64,000 nt of DNA from Azolla caroliniana (GCA_043228905.1 JBHGNT010000031.1:272883-336882), one strand, 5' to 3'; positions 23,437 to 38,279 are shown, numbered from the stretch's first letter. The notes: generated from the letters alone by a model not told the origin. Program-made: numbers and translations.

Positions 23437-25509
23437 GCATATGTAGGGGATATGCAAAAGAAATGTGAGTGCACTTTGTCCTTTCATAACTTGTTTTATG
23501 ATCATTAAATTAGGTTGGTGTCAAGTTGGATATTAGATGTGCAATGATAGTCTAACGTCCAAATGCACGAGTGGTCCTTAGTTCTCTAAGGTGTTAGTGG
23601 TCCTTGGTTCTTCTTGGAGTATCCTTTTTATATTCCCACCTGACTGTTGGAGTCATTGACTTGGATGCCAGATGCGACATTTCCTTGGAAGGATCCACCA
23701 TCACAGTACCTTACATACACGCGATTCCAGTTGTAAAAAACTGAGACATATCAAGTATTTGAGAGTTAGAAAAGGACATCAAACACTAAAATTTTGAAAC
23801 CTTTTTTTTAAAAGAAGATATCTTGTCATTAGTGTAAACATTTTACAAGATTTTTAAATCTTTGTGATCGGTGGGGGAAACAATCATTTTAGAGGCTGAA
23901 AATGCCAATAAAGAGTGCCGTAATTGGATGTCATGAATGGAGTAGTTGTCCTGACAATAAGAAATTCATGTCGTTGAGAGATTTTTGCATCAGAATCTCC
24001 AACTATACCATCCCATTGACCCTTCAAAGTATGAACTATATCAAACATTTCAAAGTCCCATGCAAGTTGTTTACAATTATTCTTGCAAATTTTGAAATTT
24101 ATCGAGGCTTCTAATATTAGATTAAACAAAGGATTCTAATATATATTTAGAAAAGGACATCAAACATTAGAATCCATGTTGAGTAAATTTGCTTGTAAAT
24201 TATTAACCTAATGAAGAACAAAAGTCATATCCTCAACATTCTCCTTAGTAATTAGCAAATTAAGCATGTCGCTTATTAGGACATGTTTGCTATGTAAAAC
24301 ATTGATATAACCACACATAATTTTGTTTACATAAAGGTAATATGATGCCCTTAGTCCTTGATTAACTTCCACATGGAACCAAATTAGATGTGATACGAAA
24401 AGAGCTGCCAAGCACAATGTTTGGGTCTATTTTTGTAAATTTGCCTAAAATTCTTCTTCAGCCCAACCAAGTTCCTTTTTGTGTTTGGGCATGAACCGCG
24501 AGATTATACATATTATGAAGCCAATGATATATATTGGTGGTTGAATCGGAAAACTTACATACATATATCACCAACACTACACCTGGTTTAACTAGATTAG
24601 TGGACCCAAACTTACTACTCATCACATAAACGTAAGGCAACATATATACGTTCCAATCACACATTGTGCTGGTTAATATGATCAAGGAAAGCTTACCGTG
24701 CCGCATAAGCCAAATGGGGTGATGGCTTAAACCCCGAGCAACATATACACATTACAAGCTTTTTAACCCGAAAAGCATATATTGCCTCATGAGACCTGGA
24801 CAAGGGGTACCCGACACTTAACCATAACTCTTAAACCTCCCCTAGGGACATGATGCAAAGTTTTACCCCCAAGTCCAAGTGACATATAGCTCCTAGGTAG
24901 GGACCTAGGTTCTCAAACTTAACCAACACTTGGAAGTACCTGGGTTCTGGCCGGGCTGATTGCTTAGAAACCCGCCAAGATCGTAGGGAGCCATACGATC
25001 CGAAGAGCCCAAATCGGTTCGGCTCCTCTCCAAGCAATCCAATGGGGTGTTGCACCATCCTCCACCCTAGCATATGATGCCACCACATGTATTTAAAGAA
25101 AGAACCATGGAAAAAACATGTGGGATTTCAATGGATTGAGTGAAGGATCCATTGATTATGGCAACATGAGCCTGAAGATTAAAAACAGTGAGGAATTTAC
25201 TTGTAGGTAGACAATCCAATTGTCGGATCCGTGGCCGCTGCCTCCGTCTAGACTGTATGCGGGCGGGCTTCCATCCAAGCAAACTAAATTTGTACAAATG
25301 TCAGCTGATTTCATACAAATCAATCAACAAAATGGATTATGATTGATGGGTTAATTGTCTATATTACATTCACCTGCGCCTTGTTGGGCGGTGGCAGAGG
25401 AGGGAGGATGGAGGAGGATGAGCTGAGGGGGAGCTGCAGCTGCGGCCACTGCAATAAGTAGGATCATTGATGCATTGGTAAGGATTGATTTCTGATCATG
25501 GATACACAT
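20977..25509 (-). CDS. PAE: Pectin acetylesterase (PAE/Notum family, CE13), 12 exons, 397 aa
   Basis: Exons: 25509-25374, 25283-25201, 25066-24940, 23740-23640, 23103-23017, 22893-22769, 22558-22498, 22392-22345, 22249-22172, 22096-21991, 21699-21557, 21075-20977. All introns are GT-AG with consistent phases; 1194 nt, no internal stop. Motifs: [91 protein letters not shown]. Hydrophobic N-terminus; alternative ATG at 25467. Confidence 0.93.
23394..23434. repeat. (TATG)n microsatellite in PAE intron 4
   Basis: About 10 copies read directly. Confidence 0.9.
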
Positions 25510-25555
25510 GATCAATCAAAATTTTGTGTGTTCTGCCTTGGTTTGCTAGATCATA

Positions 25556-25582
25556 GAGAGAGAGAGAGAGAGAGAGAGAGAG
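25556..25582. repeat. (GA)n tract just upstream of the PAE ATG
   Basis: Read directly; (CT)n on the PAE sense strand, as is common in plant 5' UTRs. Confidence 0.9.
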
Positions 25583-25659
25583 CAAACTAGATGCCCATCA
25601 GTATAATGTGTTAGTTATATAAGCAAGTAGTTACACAATACTTACTACCCCATTATGTA

Positions 25660-25912
25660 ATGTATGTATGCATTCATGTATGTATGTATGTATGTATGTA
25701 TGTATGTATGTATGTATGTATGTATGTATGTATGTATGTATGTATGTATGTATGTATGTATGTATGTATGTACGTATGTATGCATTCATGTATGTATGTA
25801 TGTATGCATTCATGTATGTATGTATGTATGCATTCATGTATGTATGTATGTATGTATGTATGTATGTATGTATGTATGTATGTATGTATGTATGTATGTG
25901 TGTATGTATGTA

Positions 25913-25943
<31 letters not shown>

Positions 25944-26014
25944 ATGTATGTATGTATGTATGTATGTATGTATGTATGTATGTATGTATGTATGTATGTA
26001 TGTATGTATGTATG
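25660..26014. repeat. ~350 bp (TATG)n microsatellite with CATTCATG and (TG)n interruptions
   Basis: Read directly; it produces the spurious YVCM and HTYI ORFs. Confidence 0.97.
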
Positions 26015-29000
26015 TGTTTTGATGCATGTGTTTTGTCTCATGTCTTTTGTCTTTGGAGAAAAAACATAACCAAACATTCTTGAGATTCTAGTTACACGAT
26101 CGACCCGGACATTGCTCATATTGGTTCTCCTGAGTCACGTGACTTGCTTTTTTAACTTGGGGGCCCTTGGGGGGCACATGTAGGTTATAAACCGTCTCTC
26201 AATCCATGGATTAGATCTTCATTTTCATCGTTGGAACCTCTTTATTCTGTGTTGATTTGTACATGATCTCCATCCATGGATTAGATCTTCATTCATTTTA
26301 ATTCTCGGAACTCGTATAAAGCGAAACATCACAAACTTTTTGAAATGTTGTAGAATGGCAAATAACTTCATACAATATAGTTTCAGCTAATTGAGAGGAA
26401 GCTCGACCGTCCACAAATTAAAAACATTATACTTTTGATTAATGTTATCTCACACTTCTTAATGTTGATGGTGGGTTTAATACTCGTGCTTTTGGAATTC
26501 CACCTAGCAATAAACAAATTTCTATGCATTAAGAAGACATTAGTCATCATGAGGTAATGTGTAGCTAGAATTTACAAAACATAATTCAATTCCACCGTAA
26601 CATATTTCCATAATACCTTACATACATGTCAAAAGACAAGGATTCAATATGTCAACTAATGAGTAAAGTTAATGAAAGACAAAACTATGAACAATATTTT
26701 ACACATCAACTTTCGGTATTTGAACACCAAACAACCTCTACATACAAGTGACAAAGATAATACTACCAGAGACCTTGTAATGAAAAGATAATACTACTAT
26801 GTATTGATATTCGGATTTTAACTTTCACTAGCCCTCTCCATGACTAGCAAAAAAACATTACCATGGCATCAATTCGTCAATGAGTAACATCTCTAGCCAC
26901 GTCAAGCTAGCTTTTTTGTGGGTTCTCTTCACTTTATCACCATTTGATCAAAGTTTGCATTTGACTTATCATTTCCTCCACTTCAAGCTATGAGCTTCTC
27001 TACCTTCTTCTTCTTTTTTGTTTCAAGACCTCCTACCACTCATTTACTTCTATAGTGACTCAGTCATGAAATAAAACATTTATCAATCCATTAGCCAATT
27101 TAATTTTTTTCATTCAATGAAAACCTTATATATATCTCTATCAAGTGATGGATGCCCATTACTAGACCATTGCAATTTGCATGGTTCAAATTTCATGTTT
27201 AAAGATACAAGATCACCTTTAAACTTTGTGGAAATGTTTTAGAATAAACAATATAGATATACATATCGACAAATAGTTCCAACAACATTAGATGAAGAAC
27301 CACAAAGCCATAATATAATATTTCAGATACTTATAAGTTATAACCATTAAGGTCAAAATAATATGGTGGTTTAAAGTGTGCTTTCCAAGTTGTATCTTAC
27401 TTTGAAAAACATTGAAGTGAGGGCTTTTTAATTTTCAGTTTTGATAAATTTGAGCTTCTATAGGGTTTCTTTTGTGTTTCAATTAAAATTAGATGTCAGA
27501 CAATGAGCTCTTTTCCTTTCTAAACCAACAAAGAGCCCCACCAACATTTTATATTACAATTCCTCATTGATCAAGAAAGTTATGCAAAAGAAGGCATTCC
27601 TCCAGCCATTTCTAGAATGAATTAATTCCCTTCTAGCTTTACACTTTTAGTTGGGCCTTTTCCGAGGGATACACGGGTTATAGCATTACATTTCGAGCTC
27701 TTAAATGAACAAAAGCTCTGACAATATAGTTGGGGAAAGAAAATTTCCCAACAAATCATTTTTGTCTGTTTTGATACCACAATTGAATGGCTTGTGAAGG
27801 AGATGGATGGGGATCCCCACCATCATGACGTGCTCTCAATATACATAGTCTCTCACGTGGCACTAATGAGAGCACCTTCACTCCATGGATACACATCGGC
27901 ATGGCTTATTTAAATCCGAAGCCTGCGATCTCTTCTTTTCCCAAAGCTCCTAGTGTGTCACCATAATCCTTCACGGAGCCATCCTTAAGAACCTCGAGAT
28001 TGCTACCCGAATATCCTACCAAAACATTGGCCTTTCGTTATAATTATGCGGAGCAACATTTGTCCAGGTTAGTCGATAATCAAGGGGGTAGTAAGTGGCC
28101 GATAAATGTTATGTAGGAACTTCATTTAACACTCTCTTAAAGTAAAGAGTAAAAATTTCAATACTCTTCTTAAAGGAGGTCTTGGGTTCAATGCCTTCCC
28201 AATGCAATCCTTCCTTATTAACATTATTATTCGGAATTCCCTTGCATTTCTCTTAACCTAATTCTCTAAGACAGAAAAGAAAACAGAGCAAGACAGAGAA
28301 GACAGAGAGAGAGAGAGAAACGTATTTTTTCGATTCAAGTTTTAGGGTTTTCGAGCTCAGTATTGAAGCCGCTGTCTCATTCTTGAGAGGAGAATTGTCA
28401 CAACCTCCATGGAAGCTGGACCTGCTCTGTCGCTCACAATCATGAAGGTAATTTCGATATACTCCACTCTCACGATGTAAATATGGAAATTCTACGGGTA
28501 CCCTAACCCTACACGACCATATACCAGAACTAACAGAAGGCAATTTTACTGAGAAGCCATCACATAGACGGATTTCTGAGGAAATTACAGCCTTAAAGCA
28601 TGACATGCGGCAGCCAAGAGCCCAAGCAATAGCCGAAAATTGGGATTAATCCAATTGTATGCATCGATGTTCGAAAAATGTACACATGAACATGAGATTG
28701 AGGAAGTCCAGTAAGATTTGAAAACATTATGCAGATCAGATAATGCGCAATAAGAAATATACCACTATGATCAATGGAATAGATTTCAATGCATTGATGT
28801 TTGGAAAGTGTGCACATAAAGCGGGGTTCTTTGAGCAAGAAATCAGGTAAATCAGACATACCTATTCCTGTTGCATTCTGAATTGGGAATAATGCAAACA
28901 AAGAGAAATAGATGCTAAGATTTGCTGACATGGAGAACGAAACGAGATAGCATTCCATGCTCGTAGATGTGGAAGTTTATAAGGGGGGAAAAAAATGTAC

Positions 29001-30816
29001 TTTAGATGAAAACTCTGCCTGCGTGAGTTGCTCATAGGAAAGAACTCATGCCAAGAATGCATTTGAACAGTCCTTGTACTTACTTAAGGATGTAAAAATG
29101 TACTTAGATGAAGACCCTGTCCTTGCACAAGTTTCTGACGGAATGGAACACATAAAGAATATTTCAAGCACTTAAAGAAGTTAAGTATGCCATATATATT
29201 GAGATGGATGCATGAATCACTCAATATGACAATACAGTACTATAACTGTTAACTCAAGTTAGATGGAGGAACATGTGTGGACACTCTTAAAGGCATCACA
29301 ATGTACATACAAAGACTCATGTTGGAATCAGAGGAAAGGAGCAAGTGTATTTGATTACCTTATATGTGCACTACCTTGATATCTGACATGGGTGGGAACA
29401 CATACCGATCTATGTAAACAGATCAAGCAATTTCATAAGGTCTTGTAAATACCATTAAGCATAGCAGCTAACCATACCCTCTTGTTGTTTGCATGAACAT
29501 TCATGGGAGTGACAGATGCAATAAATTATACTTAAATATCCATGATATGGGTTTGTGGAAGGGATTTTACACATGTAAGGGACTATGATATGTGATGAAT
29601 TGAGGAAAAAACAATTAGGGTAAGCCATTCGATCAATTCAGAAGGTGATTGTCCAAGACAATACACAAACCAATTTCTCTGGTAAGATGTCATGCATCAT
29701 TGCCCCCTTACACTGATGAATGTAGAGATACAAGGAAACAACATAAAAGAGATAATACAATGTGAGAGACTATACTTATAAACATGCCCAAACAAATCTC
29801 TGAACAAATAGGACGGAAGAAAAGGAGGGAAATATCAAGCAAAAACTGGGCATGAATACTACAGTAAATTATGTGCATTCCCACGATCAAGAGCACATGC
29901 CAAAACAGTTGAAAGCTGATCATTGCACCCCAAACTCTTCATGGAAAGCAAGGTAAAACATGTCATCTGGAAACCGAAGAATGGAATCCAAGATCAATGT
30001 GTCTTTGCCAGCAAATGGTTAAGGCATGAATGCTAAACTTGGCCACCTTTCAATGCTCAAATATTTAAGTGCGTGTGAGGGTTCTGTGGCAAACTTGGCC
30101 GATCATACCATCATACCTATACATAAAAATGGATACCCAACAGTCCATGGGAACTACAAAACCTATCATGGTTCACTGAATCTTGGGCAAAGACTTTACT
30201 TTTAATTAGTGGGTGATGGGATTCAAGGCTGCACCTTCAGATTCACAATTTGGGTAGGACATATACTAGCCAAGTTAGATATGGCCATGGTTTCCATGAA
30301 ATGTACCAACAAGCTTTTAAAAGACCCCGCACATTCTCCTAGGATAAATTGGATTTCGGCTAGCATTTTGTCGCGGCGTTTACCCTTAGTTTGACAAGAG
30401 GTTTTATCTCTTTATTTAAGGCCTCGTGTTTTTGGATCACATCGTCTCCAATATGCATGAAATCTTCCTAGGGGAGGGGGTTGAGGAGGTTCTAGTGGAT
30501 CCATTTTCATTCAAGCCCTAGCTCTTATTTAAATCAACATATTTTAAATCATTCTCCAAATCAGACATTAGTGTTTTTTTTTGTGTGGTTGGAGCTATCC
30601 TTGCAAGCCTCAAAAACTAAACCATTCCATGAAAATTTGTAGACATGTTTGCTTCAGTGTAGGCTTGATTTATTGGACATAGGTTGTGAATTATGTATGA
30701 GGATTCTACATCATGGGACTGTTGTCCCTTTTTCGTTTAAATCAACACAATCGTTGGCCATGATAGGTCACCACAATGGCTCGCCATGATGGAAATTGTT
30801 GACTTCTTCTTCCATT

Positions 30817-31045
30817 ATGATGGTTGATATTGAGGATTTTTAACCTCCACACGTTGGTTGTAGGTGACCTTTACATGATGGTTGATATTGAGGTTTTCTA
30901 AACCCTTCACAATAGTTCAAGTGAGCTCTACACAATGGTTTATATCGAGATTTTTTAATCTCTATATGATGGTTGATATTGAGGTACTTTGACCTCTACA
31001 CGATGGTTTGATATTAAGTTTCTTCAACCTCCATATGATGGTTCA
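30817..31045. repeat. Degenerate tandem repeat of atgatggttgatattgagg...acctc
   Basis: The motif recurs about 5-6 times at irregular spacing of ~33-60 bp. Confidence 0.75.
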
Positions 31046-32710
31046 ATTCCACCTAAATACATGATGGAAGCAAGTGAGGAGTTATGAGAAAGAGTTAGTA
31101 GGTTGTTGATTGTTTTGAAACTTTACACAATGGTTTGACTCCATGTTATTATTCAATAGATGGAGTTGGTTTTACCACAATTGTCAAATATACTTTGCCT
31201 TTTGTTCTGACATTATGAGTAGCTCATAGATTGACCTTGACATGGATTGTACCATCTTGTGTGCAACTTCGAGCAAACTACTAGTATGACAAGAAATATA
31301 CATTACAACCTATGAAATTATCAATGTCAAACATATACACACACTATTGTAAAATTTAAACACTTCACATCAATTAATTTATTAGTACTTAATTAATGAC
31401 ATGTAAAAGTATAGAATGAAAGGATAATAGATGTTTTCTCAGTAATGTTATAGTAGAGGCTTTACGAGATGAACCACTCTACAGTCACACTTTCTCTCTA
31501 TGTTACAATGAAAATATTTGTACATATTTGAAAGTAAGCATCTAGTTGTTTGGCTTTAAAGTTATTTAAGTTGGTCAACTAGTAAATGACTCCTTTCAAC
31601 CTCAAAATTGAACCCTTCTTATTTCTTATTTCACACTTATATTCGGTTAGAAATTTAGCAAGCTCAAATGTGTGAACCATTGCTTAGTCAAATGCCAAAT
31701 CACTCAACTTTTTGTTAGAGTATGTAATGAAGATAGGTGGAGGAATTTGGAAGAAACTTTTGAATTCAAATTCCACACAAACATTTGTTCGAGCACTATA
31801 TGTATAAGCAACGCATTGGAGAGTGGTATATGACTCAAATTTTTGGGTATTTTGTTGGCTCTCATTGGGAGTGTATAATATACGTTTAAATACACCCACT
31901 TAGTTTAATATATCTCATCTCGCTTCTATTGAGAATAATCCAAGTTTAAAAGTGTTCATTATTCTTGAGTATACTAAGCTTGAAAGTCCTTTGATCTAGT
32001 GTTTGTATATTTATACGTGATGTGTTTGAAACACAAGCTATAGATGCAAGTTGCCTATTTGGACATGTTTTTAGTCTGTTTTGTGCAAGGAAGTTGACAC
32101 ACATAAAGCTCACCAAATTTAGTGAGTTATAGCTTGTTGGAAAGCTTGGGAAGCCTACTTTTGGTGTACAAAAGTTCTTTGGAACAAAGAACTATTGGAG
32201 TTTTAAGGGAGTGTGGTAGCTGTTTTTTGGTATGAAGAAGGGTCTATCATACTTGTGGTGTACCTAGGAGTGAATATCCTCCATTGCATTTAAATTAAAG
32301 TGGCCAGAGGTAATATACAAAATAGTCCAATATTACATACGACCCTAACCAATATTTCTAGGTAAAGATAACCAAGAAAAAAAAATGTAGCCAATCTTTA
32401 TAGGCAAACAAAGTACAATGAACCCATATCATTCTCCAAATCAGCAAGATGAATAGTCCAACCTCCAGAAAAAAGTGAGCAAAGGTGTGAATATACTTCC
32501 ATCATACTACACCGAATATTCATTCTATGGCCTTCTGGTAGTGTGCACACCCACTAGAGGCTAACATTTATACCCCTTGAAAACATATCATTGGTGTGAG
32601 CACATGTGGACAACATCAAGGTGATTGATCAAAATGTGTTTTCTTCCTAATATATTTTGTTGAGAAACTGTTTGAAGACATAGAGTTCACTAGTTTTACG
32701 GGTTAAACCC

Positions 32711-32816
32711 CATGTAGGGCTATTATTATTGCTTATCTAGGGTCTCTTTTTAATGAAAGTAATCCATACATGTAGGGCTATTATTAGTGCCTATCAAAGG
32801 CCTCTTTTTAATGAAA
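32711..32816. repeat. Direct duplication of ~48 bp
   Basis: catgtagggctattatta...tctttttaatgaaa at 32711 and 32769. Confidence 0.8.
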
Positions 32817-34307
32817 ATCATCGATGATCATGTATACATTCTTAATCACCAATCATCAACATCCACATGGAGAGGAGAAGAAATGTAGGCATGGGTTTTT
32901 AAAGGAAACATATTAGAAGAAATAAAAACAAAAAGATTTCATAGGAACATCCCTTGAGATAAGTGAACTATACATGGGTATAGCTTGTGGAGCCATTAGA
33001 AAAACAAGAAGTTATTAAGCAAGATTTTCTTGGAGGTGCCTCACTATGATCAAATGTATTAGTCATAGGAATTTTATGATAAATTGTAGGAGTTTTTGGA
33101 GGAGATTCCAATAGGTTATTGGAAGAATTTGGAGCATGTCAAAGTTAGAGATTATCAATATTGAAAGAAAAAGTACATGTCCAAAATTGATAAAATCAAC
33201 GCAAGATAATTCCTCAATCAAGCCATTGGGAGTATTCAACTTGGTTTCTTGTGTTTGTAGGGCGAGTTTTTCCTATCTTTGTTTATTTTAGCATAGCTTT
33301 ACCCACGAATTTGAAATTACTGTGCTAGACAAATGAATATTGCTAGAAATATATCAGAGGATCATTTGAAAATTTCTATCATCATCATTTTTAAAATTCA
33401 ATAAGATTTGTTTTCCTAATACAAACATGGTCACAAGACTTGAATACGACATTGACATCCAGCATGTATCTTGGAATGCCTTAACATTGGTACTATATGA
33501 CACCCCTACATTGAGTATCATGCATGAGATGATGATAAGCGTGATGATCATGGAACATTAAAATTTTATTAGAGGCAATATGATCTTCATTGAGCTCAAG
33601 TGACTATGACTCATAATGGGGTTTTGTGCAAGGTTTTACACCTTAACACGGCATGGGTTGTGCTAACATGTTTTGTTTGGTAGCACCTATCCAGTAAAGA
33701 ATCAAGATGCCAATTGTTTGAATGGTGGATCCACTGTTACCTACCAAGAAAAGAAGCCAATTCTTGAATAAGGGATATTCCATCCCCACTCAGGTGTGTG
33801 CAAGACAAAACTAAATGAGAAAAGTCTAAAGGTATAAACAACATAGAATATGGCATAACAAATATTATAATTTAAGTGCACTCTAAATATGGATTTTGGA
33901 TGCATGAGAGCAAGACAAATTCATTATAGCTACCCAACAAATGTTTATGATAGTTCGTTGTTTTAGGAAGCTGTCATTTAAAAAGTTATCCTATGGAAAA
34001 CCTAGTTTGAATAGTTTTTGAAAAGGCATTTTCTTCGAGAATGGAAAAATGTTGTGCTTTTATTATCATAAATAACTAGATGTTTCTATAAATTACTGGT
34101 TTGAAAGATTAGACATATGCATATTATGTTTTTGGAGAAATTATACTTATGTTAATATATGTTCAGGAAAAATGTTATATAATAAGTATCCTACTTTTGA
34201 ATTAGAAAGATTAGTAAGTAAATGTATGTTCCATGTGGCGCATGGTCTCTTTCTCACCAGTATGATATCCATAGCTCTCTTTCACAAAATCCACCACCCA
34301 GAAGGGA

Positions 34308-34311
<4 letters not shown>

Positions 34312-34354
<43 letters not shown>
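34312..34354. repeat. (CT)n microsatellite
   Basis: Read directly. Confidence 0.95.
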
Positions 34355-34355
<1 letters not shown>

Positions 34356-35558
34356 AAAGCACACACTTATATTAATTGTATGCAAAACCCACTTGTTACA
34401 ACTTCTTAGTCCTCTACCTACCTATGTAGAAAAGGGAAATCTTGTAAAGCCACTAGAAAACCTAAATGTGCACTTGAAGAAATGATCCCCATTTGCTCTA
34501 ACATCCAAAAAATCCACTTGAGAATGCCTTTCAATTTCTCCATTTTCATCCCATGTCTGTTATCAAGCATGAAAGCATTATGCATATCCCAATTGTGTTG
34601 TGGTCCCCAATATCTTCAAATTTGGAACAATATCTCCAACTCATCATTTGAACCATTTTGAACATATTGAGCAAAAACCAATTGTTGAGGCCTCAAATAA
34701 CAATGGGTTAAAACTTGCCAAATATTAGATAAGTACTTCCAAATTATATGTGCTATATAGGACATTTAATGAACCTATGTGCATTGCCCTCCAATGGAAT
34801 GGTGCAAAAGAAACGCGTACATAGTCCTTGTCTCGTTAAGGTTGAACCTAATGGGAGCCCACCAATCATGACTCTCCATATGAATACCTTTGCACGAAAT
34901 GACAAATATATTTATTTGTATTGTGTGTGTGTGCCGCTTGGTGGGTTATATCATAGAATAAAAAATCATAAAACTGAGCGAACCTAAGTTTGATCCTCAC
35001 CATGCTAGGCCCCATCTCATAGATCATAATCAATCTCTCATGGGATGTTAAAAATATCTCCCTCTTGTTTTGTTTTGGGTGAAAATACACAATTATATTG
35101 ATACAATACAATGGCGCCAAAACTATGTATATGCCGAAAACACTACAATGATACCACAACTTAGTGGTGTCACCAATCCATGGGTAGTGGGACATATTGA
35201 ATTGCCAATAGGCAAGAGCAACAAGAAAATTGCGAGGATTTGATGGCAAGATGTTCTAAGATAAATTGACATAAAGAAAACTCCTCCAAATAGATGGTGC
35301 CTACAATGTTTAGTTGTTGAAATTGCCAATTTTGTTTTCCTTTCAATTTGTCTACCTATTGTACTACTCTACAGAGACAATAAAATAAGAAGCCATTTCT
35401 CACACTCCAACTATACCAAACACCTGATATCTAAGGCAATCAAACATTGGTACTAAAGGTAATTTAGTGTCTCCACTGCATGGGTAATGTGAGATGCTAA
35501 AGCACCAATAGGCAAAAGAGTGCATCCAACTATAGACAAAATATCCACATTCTCCGGT

Positions 35559-36700
35559 TGTCACAACTAAATCCCAAAATGAATGATGAATCAAAAAATA
35601 AGAAAAAATGAGAGACAATATTTTGTATTTAGTAAGGAGGGATTACAAAAGAGCACCAAAGATTGATGTTGGGCTAGAATGTTTTCGTCAATGACTATAT
35701 CACCTACTTATATAGCATCATCAGATGCATGAATGCTTCCCACCTTGTATTCATGCAAGATTGTGACTGGTTACAAACAATGTTGGAATCCAAAACCATT
35801 ATAACGTCAAATTCTAGGTCGTCAACCATTTGAACTAGAAGTGGGGCAGAACAATTGGTTCTAGAATGGAGTTAGATGCATATGGTTCAAAGCGACATAG
35901 AATACTAAGTGAGATACATATGTGGATTGAGATCAAGATGAAATGAAGCATAACTTATTTGACCAAAGATGACAAAATAGACCAAGAACATTAATAATCT
36001 AGCTACTCACACATGTACGTGGTTTTCACGTTATGTAAGACTAACCATACATGAGTCACACCACAAAACTTAGATTCCTTAGATAAAGAGTCAAGATGTT
36101 GATGATTTGAAACCTTTTTCTGTGTTATTTAAGCCTTTTACAAATGATGGGAAATTTGGACTTAAATTTCTTAGAGTTGATGAAAATGATCCTCAACAAC
36201 AAGATTCTTTGAGACTTCTGAATGTTCACGCATTGTCCAACAAGGATGATAATCCTATAGTTGCGAAAAATGGAGTATACTGTATAGAAGAATGAACACA
36301 ATGTAAAAACGAAACCCAATCATCTTATTGGTAACTGATGAAACAACAAAAATATTTTACTGATGTTTGATCTATACACTCAGTTTGTCCATCTCCTTGA
36401 GGATAATAACAATATTTGTTGTCTCTTGACTAATAATAATTTTCGGGCTTAAAATGAAATGTGACATCTTAGTAAACCAATCCACCACAGTAAGAACGAC
36501 ATCGAAACCCTTTCGAGGATGGTAGGTCTATAATGGAAACCAAAAAGATGGATTTCCATACACCATTTGGATAACACATATGGTCAATGTCGAGGAAGCT
36601 TTATTGGACAATGTCCATGTATATTCATGAATAGAGCTATGAAACATAGGCCACCAATAGTTTCAAATACATACTCGATCTAAAGTCTTGTGGGCTCCAA
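35559..36700 (-). mobile_element. Heavily decayed chromovirus integrase/chromodomain remnant with an LTR-like end
   Basis: Minus-strand peptides PSSKGFDVVLTVVDWFTKMSHF, YYPQGDGQTECIDQ...ISYQ*DDWV, EPYASNS and LEFDVIMVLDS (chromodomain start). LTR-like segment 35559-35775 with TG...CA ends and a TATA box. Confidence 0.7.
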
Positions 36701-36979
36701 AGTGTCTAGCCATTGGCGCGTCATGACTATACTACAAAACTTGTAGTGAATAAGCACCATTAAGAATGTATGTAAGATTGTTTTGAAAAATATATTGTCA
36801 TGCCATTTGAACTGATTGTACTCTTTATGAGACTCTTAGGACTGAGTGTAGGTAGCATGTTTTGGATGAATACTATCTAACACGTCTTGGGAAAATATAT
36901 ATATTAGCATGATGTCTTGATGTGGCATGCGTGAAAAGAGAAAAGTGCCAAAACTTCAAATTTAACAATAGGTTGGCCA

Positions 36980-37403
36980 CAAGAAGGAAAAAAATGAAAT
37001 TAAGTACATAATAAAACATAACTCAAATGGAAAGATCTAATGATAGGAATTTTGCTTAAAGTGCCTCTTGAAAGAAAATATGAAAATTAAAGGAACAATG
37101 GAACATTGCTCAAGTGGAAATATATAATAATTGGAACAAAAGGGGCAAGGGCTAAACATTTTCTAGAGGTGATGCAAAGAAAACACGATTGTGATGGTGT
37201 AGAAACATGTGGTAAATATGAATATGCCAACGTGCATTTTGGCGAAATTGGGCAACCATACAAGGATAAGGACGAGTGCATGTTAAAAGAGATGATGTTA
37301 TTTTTATTTGACAAGAAGAAAATAAAATGAGAATTAAGCAAATAACAAAACATAACTCAAATGAAAAGATCTAATGATAAGGATTTTGCTTAAAGTGCCT
37401 CTT
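36980..37403. repeat. Direct repeat of ~90 bp, copies ~334 bp apart
   Basis: aaaacataactcaaatg(g/a)aaagatctaatgata...ttttgcttaaagtgcctcttg at ~37013 and ~37347. Confidence 0.8.
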
Positions 37404-37512
37404 GTATGATAGTGGAGAAACATGGAGATAATGTTATTTTTATTATAGGTTTTGAGATAATGTTTTAGTACATCTGCCACCTCTAGATGGAGATAACAGT
37501 ATTTAGGATTGG

Positions 37513-38120
37513 ATGTTACAAAAAGGCAACATTATTATTCCAATGAATAAGGTTACAACACATTCAGTGTATATGTTGTTGCAACCTGCCCCATGGTTTC
37601 ACGAACATGAAAATGCATTATGGCACCTACACAAAACGCGGTCATGGTGGAAAAATAGGCTTACAAGCTTATGGTGTTGTGGTCTTCCATTTAACCAAAG
37701 GGTATTCCGATGGAGATGCCTATTGGGTGTGCTCCCGATTCGGTCGAATCTTCAAAAGCGATCGATAGCCTCTCCACATTGTGCAAGATGTGGTGGACGA
37801 TTGGAAACAGTCCCACACTTATTATGGACTTGCTCATTCACTAAAACATTTGTACAAAGATTAAGTGCGCCTCTTTCTCAAATTTCCTGGCCGAAGGTTT
37901 GGGAAACACTTTTGGCTATTTGGACAAATTCTGTGCCCCCTATCCAATAATGCCTATTTTCTCCAATAGACAAGATTTTGGGCACTCTAGACGATTTGGA
38001 CGGCTCGCAATAATAAGGTCTTTGATCGAAACCAACTGCATGAAGTTAACTTCTTTAAGCAATCTCTATTTGATTCTCTTCAACTTAGAGACATCACATT
38101 GCAAATTTACAATCTTACTT
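37513..38120 (+). mobile_element. LINE (L1-like) ORF2 3' fragment with zf-RVT
   Basis: LW...FRWRCLLGVLP...CARCGGRLETVPHLLWTC is the C-terminal CCHC zinc motif of plant L1 ORF2. Confidence 0.8.
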
Positions 38121-38279
38121 TGAGTGCTTCTAAGCTCTTTAGTGTCTAATCGACACTTCTATATCTCTCTTTATTCTTTGTGGGTTTTCACCTCACTTTG
38201 AGGTTTCCCATTAGTAATAAAAGTGTTACTATAAAAAGCAAAAATAAAAACCTAACTTTGTCAACAAACCAAATCACAG

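Noticed and set aside
25631-26119. YVCM and HTYI repeat proteins
   Set aside because: Translations of the TATG microsatellite.
27850-30200. Possible small gene (G-box CACGTGGC, telo-box, MEAGPALSLTIMK followed by GT, exon-like stretch at ~27905-28015 on minus)
   Set aside because: No consistent exon chain or recognisable protein; needs RNA-seq.
34866-35520. Two similar hydrophobic ORF segments or an snoRNA-like hairpin
   Set aside because: Only a ~60-bp diverged duplication next to TE debris; no convincing boxes or protein family.
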